Assembly: GCA_040954595.2 (NCBI GenBank)
Contig: CM082585.2
Location: 8,567,649 to 8,631,648, forward strand
Source: Balanoglossus misakiensis
Taxonomy: Eukaryota > Animalia > Hemichordata
Length of the DNA stretch: 64,000 nucleotides
Direction of reading: 5' to 3'
A program made the position numbers and the translations under genes. Positions within the stretch are counted from its first letter, which is position 1. Each line of letters opens with the position of its first letter. This document shows positions 39,832 through 51,200 of the stretch, in pieces. The notes beneath the pieces are model-generated. The model saw nothing but the letters and a program-made list of their open reading frames with translations, was not told the DNA's origin and ran no database searches.

Positions 39832-42800
39832 GGCGATCATAGCAATGCGCGATTACTGTGTAGCGATCCGTGAATAATTATATCGTGCTATGTCATTAAG
39901 GGCTGAAATATATTAAGAGCTAAAATATTCGGCGCGGTGTGTGACGCGGAAAACGGAAGATCAGGATCTAAATATTTCTTTGAGTAATAATAATAACCAT
40001 CAACATCATCATCAACACCACAAAATCATCCATCCACTGTCCATCCATCCAGGGTTATTTAGGGGTGGGGCGCAGATTACCTAAGCTTAACACATGGTAT
40101 GTCTACACTATGATTGCATTGAATCATTTGACCATGACCAAAATTAAGCTTAGTGCATCGAAAGTAAAGAATAAAGCAGGTATGACTCTACTGCCGGGCT
40201 TTATTGAATTGCATCAGGCCCATTAATCAGCTAGCTGGACTATGTCGCAAAATACCAAACTAAACGGAAAACACACAAAGTATCAAGTACTAGTATCTCG
40301 CGCTTAACATTCGTGGATCAAAATTAATATTAATTTAGTTAAACTTGCGGTATTGCAATACAGAGTAAAATATTCAACGAGGTGCCAACCGGGTTTTGCC
40401 AAGGAATTGATACTTTCCTATAATCAAGCAAGTTTTGCCTAGCACCATATATTTGCTCGCGTCTTGTGCCACACCCCCCCCCCCCACCCCATTCGTACAC
40501 GTAGGCCTGGCTATAAAGTTCTCGGTACACATGTTCGTTCCAATGTTGCATCGTATTTATACAGCTTGACAGCGTGATAGTAAAAAAAAAAACATGGACT
40601 GCGATAAAAAATGATGTGACATTATAGTATAAAATTAATACTGCAAAGAAAAAAAGTGATGTCATGGTACGGCATGATAAGCTTAATTCGTCTATCGACC
40701 ATGCAACAATATTACAGTTGACCTATAGTCCGCTCTACTCATCATATACACGACACGACCCTGGCTTTAACTTTCTCATATCTCACCATGATCATAAGCA
40801 AATTGACAACCGCGTTTTCAATTGCATCATATATTTTCACCGGACGGTTCTTTCAAGCAATAAATCTCAATAATTATAACAGTCAACCCTCGAATAGTTA
40901 TGAATGCCCGGATAAAAGAAAACGAAACGAAAGCGACATGACATATGGATTTCACGGTCAAATATCGCCCTCTGTGGCATGACAGGATACGCGAGAGGAA
41001 AGTTGATTGCAGCTGACACCCGTACGCATATTAGTTTGAGTAAAATTATTTTTATGAACATTTTCAGATATAAATCATTTATGCTGTACAACATTTATTT
41101 ATACTTGATAACAGATTGCACTTTTTTTATTTGTCCTCAATTATTTTTCATATCTTGCGGACAAATCCGTCTTGTCATCAAGCTCGCGTCTATACACGAA
41201 CAGTAAATCAACATGTATGATATAGGACTGACTATTCGAACCTTCCTCATATCTACAAATTCTTCAAACTTAAATGTCCATCTTTTTAGGCGCAACTAAC
41301 AGTCCTTGTGTCCTTTGCTATTGAATTAAAACGAGGCACCGTACTCGACCCAGCTCATCCTAGAACAAAAATTTGCATTTTGTCTGTAAACAAATGTGTG
41401 GAAAGCTGAACGATATATATATGATGCCATACACATTTGTCAACAACAACACCGGGTGCATACGTAAGGTCACCAGGGGGCATGAAAGTGGAATATTGAG
41501 CCATCGATTTCATCGACCCTTCTGGCAAAATGAGAGCAAGAACTACTATATGAAAATGATTGGCCCGATATTGTCTGCACTATTGAAAGTGGCGACGCGT
41601 ATAGTAAAAGATGCATGCAACAGGTGCGAGACATTGACCCTAAAATGTTTACCCGACGTCATAAACTACGATATTGCGACAGTTTCAGCCAACCTACCTT
41701 ATTTCCTGGGATCATGTCACAGGAAATCGACATAAACGTAATTTTTGTGTCCAAAAGTTGTCCCTTTCCGCTAATAACACGCAACCAAACGACACATGTT
41801 TCCCGTCTCTTTTGGTAGCGCATTGCACCCTGGGGGCAGACGAGCGCGCCTTGAGTCAGTCGCGCGTACGGTGACGTCGATTGTCTTCATTATATATTCA
41901 TAAAATATCCCCCATTTTTTAGTTCTTGCGACAATCTACCCGTGATTGCTATCAGTATACCGGCCAACTCCATCGAGAAAAGCAGTCTTTTTACAGCGAA
42001 ATACCTAGCAGATAAACTTAGTCTTTATATTATGAACACTTCTGGGGCATAGGGGAACTAAAGAGGTAGATGACGTCACTGCGTCTTATTATCTGTTGCG
42101 AAGGAACCGCTGTAAACGTTTGTGCACACTCCAAGAAATTGTTTTAAAAGGCTAAAAACATGTCCGACCAACCTGACCTATTTTATAAAAGCACATTTCC
42201 CTATCCACATGTTCAGATATTTTTCCTTAATTGAGCTAGTCACCGGTTCTTCCCATGTGATTTGTACGTGGCGCTACAATATGTATCTGAATGGGTGCTG
42301 GATCGCAGATATAAAACACCGATATACAGGCGCATATCCCCGAGAGAAGTTCATAGCAACGCCATTTGGCTGTACTGCGTGGCGAGTAAAGTGTATCAGG
42401 CAAGTTGCCGCGGTGAGGCGCGCACGTTGCCATGGCGGCAGAGGATACCGTTGATTGCAATGGAGTATAATATCCATAATTCATGGTCCGGATTTCCGTG
42501 CAATTGAAACGCTTGAAGTGCACGGCAAACGCGTGTGAGTTGATTTCAAGGTTCGCTCACCGGCAGATATTTAACAAGCTCGCGCTGGAATTTGCATTCG
42601 GCGTGTAATCAATTTTAATTAGGCGGGCGTCAATTATTTAGATAGCGACGGGTGAATTAGATGTGCTCGACAACTTGAGTGAGTGCGTGATGCATCAGTA
42701 AGTGTTCATAGATGAAGTAGAGGATGTTTTGTTCCATTACTAGTCTTTCTGATAGAATGCCGCAAGAGGGCGCTGTACAAAGTTGTCAAAGACCAAGAAG

Positions 42801-43163
42801 TTTTCGCATGCACATGTACACTCCTGCCGCGAATTGGCCGAACAAAATATTATACGCATCTCCAGCGATATTTTGAAAGAAATTACAAATGCTTAGTCTA
42901 CAGGATAATTTGATAAATAATTTTATTTCTGAAGTAAAAAAAGGAAGTGAACATTGAGTAAATTATTATATTGATGATTATACGTATCTCAGTGTGACTG
43001 GGCTTTTTAAAAAGTCTATCGTCTTGATTGGGATGGTCAGTGCAAAGTCTTTGTCCAGTGATGGAGGAGATAAAAAGAGCGACTTCGAAATTATGCACCC
43101 ACATGTAACCCTCCACGGCCTGTTGTCATGGCGATACGGAGGGATGGTCATCCTGCTACCAAG

Positions 43164-44078
43164 TCACACTGCCCCTGCTCGGCGTGGCCGCATTTCCTGT
43201 CTAGAGCTGCTTCGGCCACTTTCGGACATATCGCGGCAGATGGGCGCGCCGACGGACACAGTTTCGACAGAGATAAAGCTCAACACTCTCGTGACGAGAT
43301 AGATCGCCAGTACGAACGGAGACGTCATCAGAGTCAGCGGCCCGATGGCGATAAAGACAAGACTCACTCTCTTGAGGAGGTAGATCGGCAGCCTGAATGA
43401 ATATGTGACCAGAGTCAGTGGCACGGCGGTGACGGCAAAGATAAAACTCAACACTCTCTTGCAGAGGTAGATAGGCAGCGCGAACGGAAACGTGATCACA
43501 TTCAGCGCAATCCTAAGTGTCGTTCTGACCAAGGCAATCGTGGCGACGACACGGCGTTTGATGTCGCTGACCAGGCGTGCGAACGTAACCAGCGTGTTTT
43601 TGAGACGAAGTACCCACTTCTCAGTAACGGTTATCACTCGACCTATCACTGGTAAACGGCGGAGGACGCGAAATAATATCTTGACCGACCACAGAAACAG
43701 AAACTTGGCAATAATTAAGTATAGTGCAGATCTAGGTTTGCCATCGATAGATTTCTCCGGTTGAGTCGATCTCTTGTCTAAGAAATCCCTCTGCTCCATC
43801 CAGAGAGGCCGAGTCCTTGGGTTACTAACTTCGTCGTAGCAGGGGGACTGCATCAGGCCTACCGCCCTCGCCGTAGAAACCATCATGTAGGGTACCGTCA
43901 TCATGCCGAACATCACGGACAGACAACCCAACTTGTAAGCAACGGCTCCGATCGGGAAATTGGTAAGCAGAAACACCAAGACTCGAAGGACAACTGTCAG
44001 AGCCGGGACGAGGTACTCCATAGCACACGCTGCGGCGGGCTTCCCAAAATCCTCGATAAATAAGTTCACGGATTCCAT
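43164..44078 (-). CDS. Uncharacterised hydrophobic/basic membrane protein with three internal ~27-29-aa repeats (about 304 aa from the first ATG)
   Basis: The frame is open for >330 codons and is GC-rich relative to its flanks. It has several hydrophobic segments and a repeat of the form TxPFxLPIYLxKRV. First ATG is at 44078; an AATAAA lies at ~42922-42927 on the minus strand. No family recognised. Confidence 0.65.
   Translation of the reverse strand: MESVNLFIEDFGKPAAACAMEYLVPALTVVLRVLVFLLTNFPIGAVAYKLGCLSVMFGMMTVPYMMVSTARAVGLMQSPCYDEVSNPRTRPLWMEQRDFLDKRSTQPEKSIDGKPRSALYLIIAKFLFLWSVKILFRVLRRLPVIGRVITVTEKWVLRLKNTLVTFARLVSDIKRRVVATIALVRTTLRIALNVITFPFALPIYLCKRVLSFIFAVTAVPLTLVTYSFRLPIYLLKRVSLVFIAIGPLTLMTSPFVLAIYLVTRVLSFISVETVSVGAPICRDMSESGRSSSRQEMRPRRAGAV
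43270..43510. repeat. Three degenerate coding tandem repeats of ~80-90 bp
   Basis: Units begin gataaa...cactctc...gtagat(c/a)g(c/g)cag at ~43271, ~43350 and ~43440. Confidence 0.85.
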
Positions 44079-46417
44079 CCTTGACGGTGCAAAGTATCGG
44101 TCGTCAACTTCAGAGCGAGGAAGCACTTCTCTCCAACCAGCGTACAGTGCGTTTCGAGTCAAGAGACAGCGAAATTTGTCTCAGCAAGCTGCATCCAACA
44201 TCAATGATGAAGGAAAGTTGCGGCAAACTATGCGTTGCTAAAACAAATGTGAGATTCCGACGCGCTGTTGCTACGGCAGGCTCTCGTTCTATCTATTCCA
44301 CGGAACAAAATGTGATCCCGTGCGCGCAGAACCATACGAGAATTAGTCGTATTTCCAGTTCTACAAGTACTCGCCATGCATGCGCTACCATTTTCAGCTT
44401 TTGCACAGCCCTTACACGACCGATGACTCTTGAAAAAAATTACTACGGTCATTAGGCCTATGTTATTTTGTCTTTTAACTGTCTGTGCTTATAGAATTTG
44501 CCTTCAGACATATAACGATCGGTATTTTATTTTTTTTATGGATGCCGAATTTACAAGATGGTGGCGACTTACACGCTGACTGACGTTGATTATTCACTGT
44601 ACAGCACGACTTCTGGGCTTGAGAATTTGCAAAATTAAAGCGCGGATCACGATTTATACAGTCGTGCGGACACGGTACGCGAACAGAAGTAGCTTGAGAC
44701 ATGATTTTCTCTCGTTATCCGTGATAAAGGCCGAGGAAAACTAAGGTGTGTTTTCTCGATAACTGGGTGGTTCGGTAAGAAATTCTGTTTTAGTATTTAT
44801 TTTTATTTCCCCAGTGCGCGTCTCGAAGGCAGGCAAGGGACCATACCTAGAGTTTTGAGCAGGAATATGCATGGCGTCATTGTCATACATGTACATGTCT
44901 ATCTCCTGGATTTTGCCTGATTTTTCGAGTTTCTTTCGTTTTCGTTCTGATTCTCGTGTCACCTTGCCCATATGGATATATTACATAACAGTTTAAACCA
45001 CGGGGACATATTCACTGAGTATACATCATTTACATGTACATGTACATGTATAGACATCTGGCAAGAACGGTCACCGCATGAACTGACGCATGGCGCCTTG
45101 GCGGCTCTCTCAGCAGTGGGAGGGAATAGTCTGTACCAAAAGTGAGAACGATGCGTACATCATACAGCATGCATTCGCGCTGTGATCAAAACTTTTCCCG
45201 TTAATTATACCTAACATACCATCACTGGCTATGACAAAACTCACCTTTTAATACTCGTTGCTGAAACTTTCTTGATGTCACGTCGGTAACACACAGCGCT
45301 GGCTTCGTGTTCCTCAGAAATGCTTCTGTGTCAGTACAAAGCCTGGGCCTACTACGCATATGCATATATAATAAGCAAGTCGTCTGGGATTCGGGTGGCA
45401 ATCGGATGAGTTTGTCTTTCGCTAATCTCGACGACTGACACGGCTCAACGGAGCGAAATCACTCGTATCGCTGACGGTGCTAGGGGTAATATGTGCTGTA
45501 TATAGGGAGATTCGCCGTCCGCGGAGTGTGCCGTTTGAGTGAACCACACACAGGCAGCGGGACGAAACGCGATAGCACAGGACATCACTCCCGGGGTCAT
45601 AATCCCCTAATGCTCATAATTCTATCAGTGAGTTCCGACAACTCGTAAATTTCAGTTAATAAGATGTCAGGACCGTGGACACAAATTGAGGTTATCGCTG
45701 CTCGATGCATATACATGTAATTAGATGACCGACTTTATACTGAAAACGTGTATAATGCGAAGAAAAAAGAAGCGAGCATATTTATCAATAACTTAAACAT
45801 TTATTGCCCCGAAGCCTCAATCCAGTTAGTGAGTTGTCTATACATATTATTGTCTAATAATTATCTCTCCGCTTCATGATTTCAGTAATTATGGAACTAA
45901 AATTACGCACTGGGCGTCTGTTTAGTAAATCTTCATATACAATTCTATAAATCAATGCTAAGTGAAAATAGTATACAAAATGATAAACTGGACCTTCTAT
46001 AATTACCCACCAACACCACATTAAAGATTATTTAGGAAGCCCTTATATAACAATGACTTATTTCTGGTGTGCAACGACGAGGTCGCACTTTAAATATCAG
46101 GGTATAAATTTGAATTTGCATTCCACGTTGATAGGTGGGCAACAGGTGAAATTGCGAACAGCGCCATAACTTACATTAGTAGAAAGTTGCACTTTATATA
46201 GAGGCAGTGACAGAAATATTGAATATCCTGTAAAATATAAAAAAGTAGCGCAACTGGGATTTATTGAATAATAATCTCAGGCTTCTGAGGACATTTGTCC
46301 AGGTGGATAATTTCCCTTTGATATCGTACATTTGATGTACATAATTTGGTTATCTGATGCAGAAATTATGACAGAGTAACCACGTACAGTGCTACACTGA
46401 GTGATTATTTTGAAGAA

Positions 46418-48253
46418 TTACAATTCAAAAGGCTCAAACTTCGCCAGAGCGCCACTCTGCGCTTCAATCCACTGCACCGCTTGGCCAAGATACGTGACCG
46501 AGAAGGCGCCCTCAACGTACGTCTGTGCGTTGTAAACGTACACACTCGTACCGGGTCTGATCAGTTGGGAAGCCCAGTATATTGCTTTCATGCTGCCAGA
46601 TTTCCCGGGGAAAGTTCCCGCCATAGCCGGCCCCATTGTGATGACGATGTCCCAAACGGTTCCTTTCAGGTCGTCTGGAAAATTTTCCGCCAGAGCAGTT
46701 TTCTCGTTCAGAAAGGATTTCCACTTCGCCTCGTCCGTGAGGTAGTCGGCAAAAATGACCGACGTTCCAGGCATAGCCTGTATCTGAACGGCGGGAGAAT
46801 TTTGTTGCAAGACAAATGTCGTCTGCCCGTTGGCATTCGCCCTCTGCCACAGCACAACGTCTTCAGCCGTGCCAAATACCAGCAGTCTCGTACCGGCGGG
46901 CCGTAAGAGAATGTCGTCCAGGATAGCGGCCGTCTGTCTGAGCGTAAATAACATGTCTCGGTGGTAAAATCTTTGCAAAATGGCATATTTCTCGTCTTCC
47001 ATCATTGTTTCATCTAAAATTACGCTAAGAATCTCCAGTACATCTTCAGGTGGGACTGCGGTTACGTTCTCGCTTGTTTGTGACTCCTTTGAATAAATCA
47101 CCCAGTGGTTCAAACCGAAAGCTTTCGATAAACCGGAGTAGCACTTGGTGTGAAAATTCCTACAATCAAATTCAGGGGGGACTATTTCAACTATGTGGGT
47201 CCCAGGTGGGCAAAAGACAGCATTGGCCAATGCGGGACTGTGTGGGCCGATCACAATGAACGCCTGTGAAAATAATTCCTTGTTTTTCTGCCAAGTGTTG
47301 CCTGACGTCTCCAGCGTGGTCAAAGTGTAGGATTCAGGTAAAGCTGCACGAATAGCACCGAGTACTTCATTTTCGTTGAGTATGGTTTCCCGCGCCCCGT
47401 CCGGTTCTTGCAGGTACAATAGTACATCCGGGTTCGCGGGGGGTCCTCCACCCGGCAGGTTACTGAGAGAATCCGGTGGGATGAACCCTTGGTTGTAGGG
47501 TATGTAGCTCGGATGAAAGCTCGGGTGGTACACACTTTTCGCTTTGAAAATTACGCCCGAGTCAGATTTGATAATTTGCCAGGTGTCCAGGGGACAGAAG
47601 TGCATAAGTAATTCCGAGGCAATCCGCGATTGGACCAGAACCCGTAATGAGGCAGTCGTTTGCATAAAGTTACATGTAAAGTTCAGGACGGGGAGGACGC
47701 CAAAAGCTACGTCTTCAAATGTGTCTTGTTTAATGTCGGCGAGCGACAAAATGGCGGGGAAGTTTAAAATCCCGCCAGTCTTTACTGGAAATCCCGAGGG
47801 TTTGTCGACAGCTAGTAACTGAACCGCTTTATTGTCATATATTGAGCCATTTCTGACGATGTAGCCGTCGACGATTCTCCTGATGACACCCTTAGAGGGC
47901 ACTGTCCACGTGTACCCGAAGGATTGCAAAATGTTCTCCTGGAAAACGACACTTTTGACTTCTTCAGCCGGCGGCATTCCCGGTAATACATGAATGACAT
48001 CTTCCTTCGCTACGTCGCTGCCTTCGTTTGGTCTGTAATCCTCCAACTTCCTCGCCTTCAGAAACTGCTGACCCAGACCGCGGCCATCTTTCCCGTTCGC
48101 ATCCTCGCCGAAAGGTGGCGCCGTGTGCACGAACGACGGACTGTCCAACAACACCATGTTGCTCATGAACACCAACGCGGCCACTGTCGTCAAGACGACC
48201 GTGCACCTGCACACGCGCACCATTCTCATTCTTCGCAAGAGGTACACCATCAT
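46418..48253 (-). CDS. Type II membrane protein: GT61/DUF563 glycosyltransferase-like domain fused to a DUF579-like (GXM/IRX15 polysaccharide methyltransferase) domain; single coding exon
   Basis: A 611-aa ORF from ATG 48253, with a basic N-tail, a transmembrane anchor (TVVLTTVAALVFMSNMVLL) and a stem. GT61 motifs: R..ILNENEV and F.QA.IVIGPH...LANAVFCPPG.HIVEIVP. DUF579-like motifs: LLVFG...D..LW...N..G.T.F, P......WD+++..GP, G.M.AIY.A, T.V+V++....VE..FS..+L. Confidence 0.85.
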   Translation of the reverse strand: MMVYLLRRMRMVRVCRCTVVLTTVAALVFMSNMVLLDSPSFVHTAPPFGEDANGKDGRGLGQQFLKARKLEDYRPNEGSDVAKEDVIHVLPGMPPAEEVKSVVFQENILQSFGYTWTVPSKGVIRRIVDGYIVRNGSIYDNKAVQLLAVDKPSGFPVKTGGILNFPAILSLADIKQDTFEDVAFGVLPVLNFTCNFMQTTASLRVLVQSRIASELLMHFCPLDTWQIIKSDSGVIFKAKSVYHPSFHPSYIPYNQGFIPPDSLSNLPGGGPPANPDVLLYLQEPDGARETILNENEVLGAIRAALPESYTLTTLETSGNTWQKNKELFSQAFIVIGPHSPALANAVFCPPGTHIVEIVPPEFDCRNFHTKCYSGLSKAFGLNHWVIYSKESQTSENVTAVPPEDVLEILSVILDETMMEDEKYAILQRFYHRDMLFTLRQTAAILDDILLRPAGTRLLVFGTAEDVVLWQRANANGQTTFVLQQNSPAVQIQAMPGTSVIFADYLTDEAKWKSFLNEKTALAENFPDDLKGTVWDIVITMGPAMAGTFPGKSGSMKAIYWASQLIRPGTSVYVYNAQTYVEGAFSVTYLGQAVQWIEAQSGALAKFEPFEL

Positions 48254-51200
48254 CCACCCCGGGTGCCTTGACACTGTTTCAAACCGAGCGCGAAAAACAG
48301 GGTCTGTCCATCGTCACCGTGGAAACGGTCACACCGCAGATGCGGGGAAAGGAAGACGCGGCCGCATCAACAGATTCCGCTTCGGTCAACAAATGATGAA
48401 TCGTTGAGTTTCCTGCAGGGATGATAAAACAAAATTGGATTGATATCATGACGGAGAAATTGCAATTTTTGTATTCAGTCGCTCATGTCAACTTCAGTAA
48501 TAAAGACAAGCACAACTTCCGCGATTGCCTTTGTATAATGAGAAGTCAATACGGCGCCTAACGCTACATCTGATTTTAATCAGATTGATATATGGTGTAT
48601 TATAACAGGAAATATCTCTGCAGGGTGACCCCAGCTTCATAGGTTTATGGAAATAAAAACACATTAACAGCATTTGAAATAGACGTCAATTAATTTAATA
48701 CACTTGAAATCCAACACCGTTATCCTTTTAACAATGTTTGACATCCGATAGTTATTCCATCGCATGTTCGTGTTGAAGTCGTCAAAGTTAATCCTATATC
48801 ATGAGAGTGCAAAGTCCGCAAAATTATGTCATCATACCCAAACATATTTTGCTAATTGTGTACACGACCGCTACAAATCGGGAAAGAAGGAAGAACTATA
48901 CGCGATAAATCGAACGTCAAACTGAAATGCAGGACTCAAACAGGGAGATTGCTTCAAAAAATTCTGGTCTTCGTAAGAAGAAAACCCGAAGTCGCGAACG
49001 GAATGTTTCCGATCGAAATACGGTCACGTCGCCGGGCAGACGACAGTCCTTCAACGCGAGGCCAATGCAACATTGTATAGATCGTGATTGATTACTCTGT
49101 TGACAGAAAACGTACCTGGCATCCAGATATCCTGCGTTGGGCAACGAGATTGAAGGTCGCCCACGCAGACTAGGACAAAATTTATGTTTATAGCACCCTG
49201 AGACAGGTACCCCACGCCTTGCATTTAATTCAAAGTTGTCCCGAAAGCATATAAGCCCATAGTCTCGGATGTAGATAAAAAATGCACCCGCCGAAGATAA
49301 GCGACCGACGTAGACTTTATCCGTCAGGTGGATGAAAATTTATGGGCTCTGCTTGAAAAAATCTCATTTCCGGAAAACTTTATATTCCGGTGAACACAAT
49401 ATACAACATGGCAATGTACTTGCCCTGAATTCAATATTTACTGTGGCATGAAGGTAGCGAGTCAAAGCTAACATCTGCATTCGATTTTCTATAAATTGCA
49501 CGGACTAGGCTAATTGTCACCTTCCATTTTAAAAAGTGATTATCATTAATTTTCGAAATGCATATATCAAAATTTCGTCTCCATGTATTCGAACCAGCGT
49601 CGCGCTTGCAACTAAAAAAAGTAGAACGTTTCATTGTTCCCAGCCCCGAAGTCAACCTTTTCCGACAACACTGCTCTTTGTGTGGACTTTACGCATAGAA
49701 TGCACACAGACGTACTTATGCATACATCTCCCATTATGGTCTACAACCAGTTGAACTGAATTCATTTATCAGTAACATCTGCCAGGTCACGTTTGGAGCA
49801 GACGACATGCACCAGAGCCTAGTAAAAATATAAAATGGATCCCCGCGTGTTCACTCACGCTTACACATACAAATATCAACTGCATTACTTCAAACTATAA
49901 ACTGCAATGTACTTACAACTGTCGGTATTTCACTTCGCGGTTACCAAGAATACCTGGATGCTTAAACCCGACGTTATATTGAACACTTGACTGTGGCGAT
50001 GCTAAATATTCATTTCCAAGGTCACTTTAACAAACAACGACCAAAAACACGCACCTGCTGTCGACTGGGACATTGGAAAACGAACCTTCAATATTAAAGG
50101 TGTTTTGTAAACTTGAAAACTCCCCAACATTCATGGTTTATCTGATATAAACAGAGGATTACGGCATTATATATTACGGTCTTATCAGATAGAAATGCTA
50201 TTTGTTTAGGCTAATACCCGTATCATACCAGTACCCTATATAAAGCAGATCGCGATTAGAATGTGCCGGAAACGGAAATAATATTATGAAGTGCTTCAGA
50301 AACAATGAGCGATGAGTCCCAGACATAAAATTTGTCGAAGTGAAACAAACAAACAAACAAACAAAAAAATAAACAAACGAATAAACATGATTTTATGGTA
50401 CGTTTGCATTCGAGTCAAGGTTGCATCGAACAATGGAATAGATTATTATATTTCCCACTAGACTGACCTCTGGTTTCGTTTCTCATATTTTCGTCACTTT
50501 CCATCGGTCTATTCTTTTGTTGTATCAACACTCTGAAACTCGATCAACCCGACACCAAACCCAACAAATTACCTGTTGATCCTTCTGGTTCCCGTTGAGC
50601 ACCAGACGTTTCTATATACTGCCCCAACGATGGGACAATATGGCAGTAAATACACATAGGCCTATATGCGCAACAATGGCGCGATAACCTGAAGATAACC
50701 CGCCAGATAACTACTCACTCATGCTACATATTCCGAAGTCGACCAGAAGTGACCTAAATCATTTGGTTCGCTATCACAAGACGTGCGGTCATATCAGAGT
50801 AATTCAATCAATCGCCCTATGGTTGGGGACACGACCTCGTAGTACGTTCACTTACAAGCTGTACATTCTGTGATAATCCGCCCTTAATTGGCCCAGTCCC
50901 GCTGCGCCTGAAGTCGCGAACATGTCTTTGTGTTCGGGTCTATATGATTGTGTGGAGCCGTCCAGATCAGGTCATCAAGTCACCCGGTGAATCTTGGCAT
51001 GCAACGGCTACCTCAATGCAAATGTGGTTTTCGAACTCTTAGCGCGGTTTCTGTTGCAAGGCACTGGGCCGTCTGGTCCGCGTCTTTATTACAGCGCCCC
51101 CGTTCCCGTTGACTGGTTCCCAATCCCGAGACTATAATGGGCGGACTTACCTCCGTGACTACGTATACGGGAGAAAAAAAATCTACGACCAAATCTTTGA

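Noticed and set aside
43128-43660. Plus-strand charged-repeat reading (DRDKAQHSRDEIDRQYER...)
   Set aside because: It is the antisense mirror of the hydrophobic repeat and is interrupted by a stop at ~43398, while the minus frame stays open for >330 codons.
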